From Bugula neritina (taxonomy: Eukaryota > Animalia > Bryozoa): a stretch of 64,000 bases of DNA. The notes under the pieces were generated by a model that worked only from the letters and a program-made list of their open reading frames with translations, had not been told where the DNA came from and made no database searches. The position numbers and the translations under genes are program-made. This document shows, piece after piece, positions 52,901 through 64,000 of this stretch (the stretch's first letter is position 1; each line of letters starts with the position of its first letter). The stretch is from contig OZ037767.1 of NCBI GenBank assembly GCA_964035545.1, forward strand, positions 15,876,998 to 15,940,997, in the 5' to 3' direction.

Positions 52901-55900
52901 ATTGTTAGCCACATTATTTTAGTTTTTAACCCCGAAAACGTGCAATGACACTTACTTTCAGCTTTGTATTTGTATTGGTATAATTATTTAATATACTTGA
53001 AGACTGTCAATATTAAGCTCAAACTAATAACTATAAATTATATTAACTATCTTATTGAATAATTACGATTTTAAATTTGACTTTGTTATTAATGATTATT
53101 TTACTATATCACTCACTTGATATTTTTCTAATGAAGCTTGAAACAACACGGTTTTGTATTTTCATGTGTTCGAAATTTGATCTGTCATGAGTATTGTGCT
53201 GAAACTAATACTTTATTTTATTTTTTTTCTAACTCAGTTTGGTTATACTTCAAATGTGATTGTGAAAAAATAAAGGCTTGCTCATAGTTATTTGTCAAAT
53301 TAAAATTGTAATATGATGTATTAGGATGCAAATATAAAAAAATATCATTTCGATTAGAATTTGAATATAATCTCAATTACTGACAACTATCAGCAACCAA
53401 CTATAAAACTTAGAATATTTTATTATAGTATTATAAAATCTTGGTAGATTTTAATTGAAATTTAAATTTAAAATATCCATGAGTAATATGTTAAACTACT
53501 AACTAAGGTAGTGCGCCATCACTTTGCTAGAATTTCTTTGTAGTATAACATAGTTCATCAGTGACTGTATACTTTATACTATAATTTCAGCCTTTAAAAT
53601 GGGTCCTAAAACTAGATCTGCTGTTATTTCAAAAGCGCAATACCTGAGAGAATATCGAGCCAATTTATCTCCAAGTGTGAAGAAAGAGCGAAGTAGAAAA
53701 CGAGTGGAAAAAGCTCGTCTTCGACGACAAGCTCTTCGGGAGAAAGCTAGACAAGATAACTTGAATCTTAAAAAAGCTCGACGTGCTGAAACTAACAGGC
53801 GGTATAGGGCCAAACAAGACAGTCTTAAAAAGCAACAAGCCCTATCCACACCATCGACGAAAGCAAAACACATTGCTCAGCTTATAGACAGTGCTTCACC
53901 ATCAACAAGTGCTTGTTTAAAAAGCTGCCACTTGAAAAAATCTCGAGAAAGAACTGCTGAGTATAACATTGTGCAAGCTGCGTCCAGCACATGTAAGAAA
54001 GTTCCAGAAAGTACCCCTAGGGTGGTGCGGAAATGGTACTTTTGCGAAAATTCCAGTTGTCCTTATACCAACAGCAAAATATGACAAGATGCTCGCATGC
54101 TTTTAATCAAAGCATGAAATTAAACATTATAAAATCACAGTCTTATATGAGGTCATTCAAGTTTCATGAAGCTCTTCTTTATCTTGCGACAGCGACGTTG
54201 CGTCATGCATATGAAAGACCCCCATGGTAAATAACCCTACATATTAGGGTACAGCAAATCCAAACACCTTAACAGGATGTAATTCTGTGCATTTCCATAC
54301 CTAAATACAAGAATATATGACATAAAAAAAACCTAAATATTTAATTAATTACGTTACGTCACGCATATGACTGACCCCCATTCAATTGAAATTTAGTAGT
54401 ATATTTGAATTCAACATAAAAAATAACCCCTATCAAGCTGAAAAATAAACTTCCCGACAGAAGGTATAAAATATAAGGCATCAACAACAATATTGTGTCT
54501 TTTCATTACGTTGCGTCATAGTCATGCTTGACCCCCTCTAATCAAAATTTAACTTGCATATTCAGATTCAGCAGGTAAAAATACCCCATGTAGGCTGTTT
54601 AAAAAAAATATAGACTCAAATATAATTTTCACTATTTTTTTTTGTGTTTGTACTAAATAAAGTGGACTGAGCCAAATTTTAGTTCAACTTATTTTTAAAC
54701 TAAGCAAAAGAAATAATAAAAGGCAAGTTTTTCTGCTTTTTACAGAACTTTGGTTTGATGCTGAGGCTGAAATTATTTTAAATTTGCTTTAAATACAAGA
54801 GTTTGCTATTGAAATACAGGCTTTTTAAAATTCTGATGTTTTCATACTGAGTATCCTGCAGCATTTGAGTGGCTTTCAATGAACTGCCATCCACTCAAAG
54901 TGTTTTTTCTGGTAACATCATGGAAGTAGCAACAGCCATGGACCAAAGTCTAATGTATCATCATACATCTCTCTGTTCAGAATAAAACTATAATACTAGT
55001 TTTACATTACTAGCTGTTGACATATTGTACCTTTAAAATTGTAAAAATAGACACATGATATATGGTCTTACTTAATATTTTTTATTGTGAGAAACGCAAC
55101 TACTGTAAGGTCTCCAGTCATTTAGTATTTATTATACTGTTAGAAAGGTGGGACGTACTGGATATTCCCAGAGTAAAGATAAGCTCTATGGTATGCGAAG
55201 ATGTCCCATAAAAGTAATATTTAAGGTAGAGTGACAGTGATGCAGGTGCTGCGTAGTGGACAGATGTAAATTTTTAGTGACCTGAGTTTATAGCTTTTGG
55301 TTTAGCATTTGAGCTATGAGCATGATGGCTCTATTTCATAGTCAAGCAGTGTTTTATGCTACAGAGATTTTGTTTCTACCTCTACATGCATCTACCTGCC
55401 TCCAAATGCTTCTATCTATCTAAAAATACTTTTATCTACCTCCATCTTTCTTCTATATTTATCTTTCTATGTACCAGATGCCCTTTATTATTTCTATAGC
55501 TTACCATTTCCTGTTAACATTTTCTGTAGGTTTGAAGCTGTTAGCATAACCATAATGCACTACAATTTGAGGAAAAATCTATGCAGTGATGAGAACATTT
55601 GTAACTGTGAAGACAGATTAGTTATAAATGGGACGGCTAAATGTGGCAGCTATACCAAACCTGCTAATCGAACTTACATCGGGGCAGACATTCCTGTCAC
55701 AGTTAGTCTGGTAACCAACAGTTTGAAGCTCAGTTCCGGGGCCGGATTTTATCTCACCTATCAAGGTATGTTCTTTCAGTTTCAACCTAGAGTTTATAAT
55801 CATTCAGCTCATGTTTGATTTTGAGTCTCCATTCCTGTGAAAACCTGTGATAATAAGAATTTTCAAGTATATATGTGTTGTGACATACGGATCAAGTGCT

Positions 55901-56242
55901 TTCTCTCTGGCATAGCTATCAATGCTTGGTGCATACTAGGCACTAGACTACAGCTTCTCTATTTTATAATGGCATAAGATCTATGAAAAATATTATTTTT
56001 GATTGATTTCATTATTATTTATGATATTGATACATATTATATACTGATGATACCTTATATGATTTATAATTATTTATTCACCCAATAAAATAACTTCATT
56101 AGGAAAAGTAAATTCTTGTTTTGGTTAATAGCAGAACCTAATTTTGTAATATGTATAATGTAATATAATGTATATAAGACAATATATATAATATAACATT
56201 GGTAATGTAATATATACAACATGACATATATGTATCATAGTA

Positions 56243-56288
<46 letters not shown>

Positions 56289-56705
56289 TATGTAGTATGA
56301 TATATAACTTTATTATTCATTATCACAATTGACTTCACATCAACTTTAAAAAGTTGTCTCCCTTCATCATTATATCTTGAACGAGCTAAAACTGTTAAGA
56401 TTCTGTGATTATATAAATGTTGCTATAAACAAATCAGTGACATCATTTCCTGTTCCACAGGCTACTCGGGTGCTGTAGACATATGCAGTCTTCTCAACAA
56501 TCAGGAGTTGTCAGTACCTGTCCTTATCAAATCTTCAAACTTTCCCAATCACTATGCTAACAACATGAACTGTCAGGTAAAATTGGCTTTTACATGCTCT
56601 CTGTTGCTTGTACAGTTTATACTCACTCACTCACTCACTCACTCACTCACTCACTCACTCACTCACACACACACACACTCACACACACACTTACACACTC
56701 ACACA

Positions 56706-56759
<54 letters not shown>

Positions 56760-56781
56760 CACACTCACACACTCTCACACA

Positions 56782-56828
<47 letters not shown>

Positions 56829-59597
56829 ACATACACACATACACACATACACACATACACACATACACACATACATACGCACGTTTTTAAAGCCACCTAT
56901 GAATCAACTTTACTCATGTGATGTCCAACATCTCTAACATTCAATAACGTTCATTCACAGGCAAAAATAAACTTCTCTAAGGCAGTTTCTGTTCGGATAC
57001 AGATAATAACCATGTCAATGGAGGATTACGGATTCAATCAGCAATGCATCTATGATTACCTGGCTATTGGAGATGTCCGGTAGGGAAAGCAACTCCCGTT
57101 GCATAATAATAGGGAAATTATGTGGTATTGGGTTTAGTGAAGTTGTTTCTCCGTGATTTGCATATTATGTTTCTATTACAACTCATTCAGTTTAACCACT
57201 AATTTAATTATCGTAATAAGACTTCGTACTACATAAGTGTGAGTTATTGAAATTGGCAGCTATTATATTTTAGTGTGAAGCTACAATTTGCATTGTTATT
57301 TTGTAAATATATTATCATAAATTCTTTGCCGGTTTTTTCCCCTAAACAGTATATGCATCCATTGTAATATATATATATAATAGCAATCTTTTCAACCTGA
57401 GTTCACTAAAACCCTGCTAATCTATAACAATTGTTCCTGTCATGTGTAAAAAACATTTTCTAAACTTCTGCTATTCATTCTACCCCCCCCCCCCCTTCGT
57501 CTTCATGATTATACGTGTTTTAGTTACTGCGGGAGGAAAGACGGATACATAATCCAACAGGAAGTTAAAACGATACTCCTAAGTTTTAAGTCGGACGGCA
57601 ACAAGACTAGTAGCGGATTTTACCTGCTCATTGAGCACGTGCAGCCCCCGCAACAGCCAAACATTGACAGGATATTGACGAATATAACGGAAGTCGTAGC
57701 TTTAACTGGTTCAACTACAATACCAACTGTCCTGTACACTACTACACTTACAGGTACACTATGGTTCATGCATGCATAGCAGGGCTTATATACAATTCCA
57801 AAATTTGTGTTCTAGCTATAAATTGCTTTGTATACTGTGGTATACTGCATTAAATTCCATTGTATTATTGTATGTTAGCAATTGTGATATTAAGATAAGT
57901 TTCGTACTATTTTACATTATTTATATTACTTGATATAATAATAAATTTAATTTTATGAGTTATTGATTTTTATTATGGTATGCTTTATTATATATCATGC
58001 TAGAATATTATATTGAAGTCATTTTTTATAAACATTATAAAAAGAACATGGTTATTACATAATTATTTGTTTAAATAATATAAGTTATAAACAATATATT
58101 GCTTCAAGGAAATTTTTGCATAGCTTCTGTTTATGGTCATTCTACATGTAAATCAAGGAATTTGTAAGTGAAAGACTTTTAATTTCCTTACATGTATGTT
58201 GCAGTCCCAGAACCTCATATCTCCAGCGTTACCAAGGCACATCCTAAATTAATTGACTCAGAGGTTTCTCAGGAGAAGGAGGAAGAAATTGTCGACTACA
58301 AGAAAAATTCTGATCTCATAGGTAATGGCAAAATATTTATGATACAGTTTGGTTATTTTATTGTGTGTGTGCGTGTGTGAGTTATAAACACGTCATCTGT
58401 ATTGAGCATCATTACATGAGTTTTACTTTTTAAAACAGAGTTTTGAATAAGAATTGAAAACTCCAAAATATGACTCATAAATGACTATTTCATTGCAGTG
58501 ACCGTCAACAAAAGTATACACCAAACAGAAACTCTAAGCAACTACTCTCTCCATGACAATGGTAAGAGATTGGCAATATACAAAACACAATACAATTAAA
58601 CTATTATATATTGATCTATTGTTATCTTATATTTGCAGTGTATTGTGTACCCCTTATTGTTACAGCTAGCTCCACCACTGCCAACCAGTGCCCTGTACCC
58701 TGGTACTTCTGGATATGCTCTCTGATAGTTGTTCTAGTGGCTGTGACTATCACCATCACTGTCTTCCTCATTAAACTCAAAAAGTATGTTACATCTATTA
58801 TACTTATAGCTACTAAGTATATCTATTTACAATGTATAGACACTTGATATTATATATAAATTGAATTTAGCTCTTTTTGTGTTACTGTTGTATATTTGTA
58901 TTTTTTTGTCCTTTTGTTTTTTTTTTTTTGATGAAAATAAAGAAAACAAACAAACTGTAGTGTATTGGCTAACCTTCATCTTTACAACACGCCTTGTTCT
59001 AATTTCATACTTGCCAATAGTACGCTATAAGAAGTTCTGTAAAATCACATTTTGTATATTGTATTGTAAAACTTTTAGTTTTTCATCGAATCATGGAAAA
59101 TAAATCTCATTGATAAAATAAACCTTAGCATAATTGAATAAAATTGGTTAAATTTAGATTATCAAACTACAAAATTTAATTTAAAAATGTTGTAGAGGAT
59201 CTATTTCATTTTCTAAATTATTCACCCAGAATGGTAAAAATACATTATAAATCTACGAGCTACTTTCTTAAACAAATTCAACTCAAGTTTAAACTTGTGT
59301 TTTTGTAACTTCAGGTTAAAAGTTGCCATATCCAGTCAGTCGTATTCTGATACAGAGAGCTCCAGAGACGGACTCACCAACCCTGTATACTACAGCCACT
59401 CCCACCACAATCACCGTAACGGCACAGTGCCCCGTAACGGCACAATGCCCCCTCATGGTACAATGCCTCCTCATGGTACAATGCCCCCTCATGGTACAAT
59501 GCCTCTTCAGGGTGAAAGTATATATTACACTAGCAACGAATTTCCTCCCTGGGGGTCCAGGATAGTGAATAAAAACTCTGCTCAGACAACTGTATAG
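46903..59597 (+). CDS. Type I membrane protein with four CUB domains, S/T-rich stalk, TM and cytoplasmic tail
   Basis: Exons ~46903-46981 (signal), 48283-48493, 49138-49562, 50031-50166, 55530-55765, 56461-56576, 56961-57079, 57524-57752, 58205-58321, 58499-58561, 58666-58783 (TM), 59315-59597; phases match; CUB motifs SSPGY..C, SSNFPNHYANNMNC, CIYDYL..YCG..FKSD..GF. Confidence 0.82.
49846..50003. mobile_element. Hairpin MITE
   Basis: ~70-bp imperfect inverted arms (tctataag..ggggtgagtaagtgca / tgcacttactcacccc..cttataga). Confidence 0.7.
51415..54673 (+). mobile_element. 3.26-kb non-autonomous TIR DNA transposon (possibly Sola-like)
   Basis: 28-bp TIRs ggcacagtccagtttatttagtacaaac / gtttgtactaaataaagtggactgagcc; flanks aatt/aaat; three ~155-bp subterminal repeats 54190-54590; internal basic ORF. 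Confidence 0.75.
53599..54084 (+). pseudogene. Basic coiled-coil N-terminal fragment of a probable transposase
   Basis: R/K-rich helical ORF inside the TIR element; no catalytic domain visible. Confidence 0.55.
56620..56880. repeat. (CACT)n/(CA)n/(CACATA)n microsatellite
   Basis: Directly visible. Confidence 0.97.
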
Positions 59598-60211
59598 CTA
59601 TATAAATATCCTAACTTTTATAGATTATATTTTATTCCAGGGCATATTGTCATTGTCCCTCATATATGTACATAACTATATTTTAAAAACTCTGTCTATT
59701 TCAATTTTTTATTAATAAACTATTACCAAAAGTACACGTGATAAGTATTGTGTTGTTGACTAAATAACTTGTGATGGAACAATTTTTGCTATGATCAGCC
59801 TGCCATTGAGCCCCCTAAAATTTTAAAGTAACAAAATTATCTTTTTATGATAGCAATTTTAAAACTTTCATGCATAAGATTTAAGAAGAGCTTTAAGAAG
59901 ATACGTTTTATTAAACTCGAAGAGCTTACATGATGTCTAATAAATAAAACCAATTAATTTTATTGAAGAGCTTCAACACAGATTGTAACAAAATCTTGAT
60001 TTCTGATTTTGGTATAACAATATCATATATCAATAATTGTGGTTTTAATAGTTTTTAAAGCTTGTAAATTATATAACTCATTTTAAAATATCTTAAACAC
60101 GTTCAACTTCTCATATAAATTAATTGTCTGTACAAATTAGTAGAACTACTTTATATATGAATAAATATATTGAGGTCTTACACTCTTCCCCACTAGCTCT
60201 ACAGTTTCTAT

Positions 60212-60375
60212 ATTTAACAGTTCCTATTCAACAGTTCCTGTTTAATATTCCTATTCAACAGTTACTCTTCAACAGTTCTTGTTCAACAGTTACTGTTCAA
60301 CAGTTACTATTCAACAGTTATTATTCAACAGTTTCTGTTCAAAAGCTACTATTCAACAGTTTTATTTCTACAGTT
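60212..60375. repeat. 15-bp minisatellite
   Basis: Unit caacagttactattc, ~10 degenerate copies. Confidence 0.85.
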
Positions 60376-61222
60376 CATTTCCGCACTTGGTAAATTGACT
60401 TAAGATGCATTGTCAACAACAAAGAAGCTCCCATATTATCAACTATGATATATTTTACTCAGTATGAGCATAGTTGGTAGTGGAAATATATAAACTTATT
60501 TTTTGTAAATAAAAAATTTAAAATATTATCCAATTGCATTGAATTTCTTGTTTTTGACATTACGAATACCTTTTCTTAGTATATATAATATATCAATATA
60601 CTTCTTTACACACTACAGCATATCATAGAATATGCTACATATGTTATAATACACTTGCACTAATTTTTACAAATATTCCAAACAGCTGCGACGCTTTAAT
60701 GGCAAGTTTTAAGTTTCATGTTCAAGGTTCAAGTATAGTAATAAAACACTTGTGTTTGAGAAACGGACACCTGCATTGCTGTTATCACATCGCCTTAATA
60801 TATGGCTAGGCAAATAATAGATATTGCAAACTTAGATGTATGATTTCAATCTTAATATAGATATTTTGTAAAACTTACAAATTTTGTAATTTATTTGCTA
60901 ATTAAATTTTAAACTTTTTAATATAATATCAAACTTGGCAGTTGTAAGTACAGCTGCATATTACGTACACAACTGTAGTACGTACATCTGTGGTGAGTAG
61001 AGTAGATGTTTTTCAGTCACATACTCGTGAATATATCTTTTATTAGTTTAAGTGTCCTAGCAGATTTTTAGTTCCCACTTCTGACTTTACATCTGTTGAG
61101 ATCTTTACAGATGCAGTCCTCCACTTGAGAACCTGAGGCTATTTGTCCACTAAATAAGAGGAGGTCAAGCTACCCCCGTCCAATACTGAGAATCCCATGC
61201 ACTAGCATGATATTTTGAGCAT

Positions 61223-61230
61223 CTATAAAA
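61223..61230 (+). promoter_or_regulatory. TATA box of the second CUB gene
   Basis: TATAAAAA ~58 bp upstream of ATG 61282. Confidence 0.5.
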
Positions 61231-61281
61231 AGGACATGGATTATGTCATTTACATTATCTCGCATTGGCTACAGAATAAGA

Positions 61282-63620
61282 ATGAAGGTTTTAATTCTAT
61301 CTTGTCTGGTAGCAGCAGCTTTAGGTAAGTTGGAACAATTAATTAGCAAAAAATTGCCAATAATTTTTTCATTAAATTTAATGCTTTGCTGTTTACCATG
61401 AGTTTAGATCTTAAATATGTAGTGTTGTGATTACACAGTATTCCTGTGGTGTAATTGGTTAGCGCGCTTGCCCCCAATCCAGAGGTCTCGGGTTCGAATA
61501 CTAGCAAAAGCAAAAATTTTTTTTCAGAATTTTAGACCGTCACCACACCGATCAGGACATAGTTGTGAAAAGTGAACAAATGTGTTGATAATTTAGATAC
61601 TTATTTTTGTTTGATGTTTACAGGTTGTGGAGAAGTTCTAGAGGGTGTCACCGGCACGTTTACTTCTCCCGGACACCCAAGTGACTATGCAAATAACCTC
61701 AACTGTGAATGGACCATCAGTGTACCTAGTGGAAATATTCGTCTCAGCTTCAGTCGTTTCGAATTGGAGGCATCTAGTACATGCGAATATGACAAATTGG
61801 TGGTAAGCCTTAATATCAATAAAATATTATAGCAAAGGTATATGATTATACTAGTATATATACTCTAATTTAGGTCATTGCTATAGGCTTACCTTACAAA
61901 AAATAAATTATTCAGGGTAGGAAATTAATTAGTGAAAATTAAGAAATTACAGAATATTTAAAGTAATCATTTTTTAAATTAATTTTTTGTAAAACAATGG
62001 AAGCATTTACTTTTTATGTAGCTTTCAAGTCTTGGTTATAAAATTCCCTTTTCTATAGGTTATGAACTGCTAGGCTGTTTAACTCATGCGCTACATTATT
62101 GTAAACTTATTTCTCTTACATCTCAGATTTTTATTGGACTGGGTTTAAAATTAGAGTATATCAAATACTGAATGACAAATGGCAAGTAGCAAATGCTAAA
62201 CGGGAAATAGCAAATAATTTTAAATGAATTCCAAGCACTAAATAACAAATTATACCATCTAATAAAATGCAGTAAAACTCACTCTATTAAAACTACTATT
62301 AACTAATCAAACTTATTATTTTTACCTCATTATTTTACTTTATAAATTATAACTAGTATAAATCTAAAAGATAATAAAATTTGTAGTTTAGCAAAAGACA
62401 CCCTAAATAACAAGTAAAATTTACTAATGTAATTTAGCATAAATCAGCATTTTTTCGAAATTTCAGCAAATTATGTGATTTTTTTAAAATTAGATAACAA
62501 TTTGCTGCTTATATAGAATGATTATAAGCAGGTTTGCTTCAACAAGTAGGATACTGTGGTTTAAACCCTTATTTCTGCTGCAATAACTATGTTATGTTAC
62601 GTTCTATACCTATTTTTATCCAAAATGTGATCAATAAAATAAATAAATTCTGATAATTCGACAAAATAAGGAGAGAATCAATACTGCAGGTGAGAGATGG
62701 CAGCTCTAATGGAAATGTTCTTGGCACTTTTTGTGGATCATCCATTCCTGGCGAGATTGTCGCTTCTGGCAGAACTATTGTGGTCAGGTTTACTACTGAC
62801 AGCTCAATTGCACGCGAAGGATTTTCTGCCAGATGGGAAGGTTGGTAAATTATCATATAAAATATGTATTGTAAAATATATTTTGCTGATGTGCTATACA
62901 CATAAATGTTTGTGCTTGCATGTGCGCGAATTTACCTGATTTTGAATTTATTATTATTATTTGGGAATAATGTAGAAATGCAAACCTCGGAGAGTAGCCG
63001 TGGTCTAGGGGTTAGAGCGTTTGCTTAGTAAAAAACACGAGATTATAGGTTCGAACCCCAACAAAGGTCATTGGTGATGTTAGGAAGAACATTCAGTCAT
63101 AATTGCTTCTGTGTCTCACTTAAATAAGTCCTTAGCCCACTTTAACAAAAACTCCTTCCATCAAAGGTTTCCTCACAGGGATATAAACTATAAACTTCCT
63201 TGAGTGAGTGAGTGAGTGAGTGAGTGAGTGAGTGAGTGAGTGAGTGAGTGAGTGAGTGAGTGAGTGAGTGAGTGAGTGAGTGAGTGAGTGAGTGAGTGAG
63301 TGAGTGAGTGTGTGAGTGAGTGAGTGAGTGAGTGAGTAGAAATTCAAACCTTGCACAAAGTCAAAAGCATTCAGTGTTGCATTTCATATATTTTTGCAGT
63401 CAATACTGGCCCTATAGTAACTACTCCACCATCTAGCGGTAGTTGTGGTGGTGCGCTCAGTGGTGTGACTGGTACATTCACATCGCCAAACCACCCCAAC
63501 CCATACCCTGCAAGTGCAAGCTGTGAGTGGACCATCACTATACCAGAGGGACGAGTTGCTCTTAAATTCACTACCATGGATATTGAGTCTACATCCGGAT
63601 GTTCCTACGATTCTGTAAAG
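61282..63620 (+). CDS. Secreted multi-CUB protein (tolloid/cubilin-type CUB domains), 5' part; continues beyond window
   Basis: Exons 61282-61324 (MKVLILSCLVAAAL), 61624-61802, 62690-62840, 63400-63620; CG..L.G.TGTFTSP.HP..Y..N..CEWTI, E..CEYD, FCG, FTTDSS..GF. Confidence 0.88.
61442..61512 (+). mobile_element. tRNA-like SINE head (family B)
   Basis: cctgtggtgtaattggttagcg..gggttcgaat; similar to 63643-63716 and 63789-63862; no full cloverleaf. Confidence 0.6.
62989..63195 (+). mobile_element. tRNA-derived SINE (family A), near full length
   Basis: A-box tggtctagggg, B-box ggttcgaaccc, shared body; followed by (GAGT)n. Confidence 0.82.
63200..63337. repeat. (GAGT)n microsatellite
   Basis: Directly visible. 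Confidence 0.97.
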
Positions 63621-63642
63621 GTAAGTAAAACTGACTAAAATT

Positions 63643-63862
63643 AAGCTAACCATCGGGATTTGAACCACAGACCTCTGGCTTGCAAGCGGCACGCTAACCA
63701 ATTACACCACAGGGGCTGCTGGGTTAACTCAACACTACAAGCACTAAAGTGATATATCGTGGGAGATGTAGTGTTTAGACTTTTAGTAGCCCCTGTAGTG
63801 TAATGGATAGCATACACTAGCTGGCAAATTGGAGGTTTTTGATTCGGTTTCCAGTGGAGGCA
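63643..63862. mobile_element. Two divergent tRNA-like heads (family B)
   Basis: Minus 63716-63643 gcccctgtggtgtaattggttagc..ggttcaaatccc; plus 63789-63862 gcccctgtagtgtaatggatagc.. Confidence 0.55.
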
Positions 63863-64000
63863 ATTATTATACAGAAAATTCGACATTACACGCTGATTTT
63901 TGCTAAATAAATTGATTTGATGTGTTAAATTTATCCTATAGGTTGGTTTCTTTTAAAAAAAACTTCCATAAAAAATAAGCCCCACAAAAATATTTTTGGT

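Noticed and set aside
56594-56937. His/Thr-rich ORFs (also 63132-63356 and 45835-46083)
   Set aside because: Micro/minisatellite translations.
61442-61512. Functional tRNA genes here and at 63643-63862
   Set aside because: A/B boxes present but acceptor and anticodon stems do not pair.

Overview
AT-rich animal (invertebrate) genomic DNA with spliced genes; taxon cannot be fixed from sequence alone (a lophotrochozoan is a guess). By matching splice sites and intron phases by hand I reconstruct eight protein-coding genes: (1) the last exon of a beta-propeller(NHL-like)+PAN/Apple gene (668-1917, +); (2) an 8-exon ~1018-aa gene with ten 39-aa ankyrin repeats, a P/Q/S-rich linker, a ubiquitin-like segment and a helical C-terminus (8740-3407, -); (3) COPS7; (4) a secreted WSC+propeller+PAN paralog of gene 1 with a truncated Gypsy-like LTR element in an intron; (5) a secreted five-ShKT protein; (6) ABHD12 (-), head-to-head with (7) SUZ12 (+); (8) a four-CUB type I membrane protein; plus the start of a secreted CUB gene running off the right end. 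Introns hold tRNA-derived SINEs, several MITEs, a 3.3-kb TIR transposon and many mini/microsatellites. The most notable signal is the ankyrin array: a homogenised scaffold with variation confined to the canonical ligand-contact positions (a natural DARPin-like pattern), with a perfect kappaB site upstream and a decayed paralog exon nearby.
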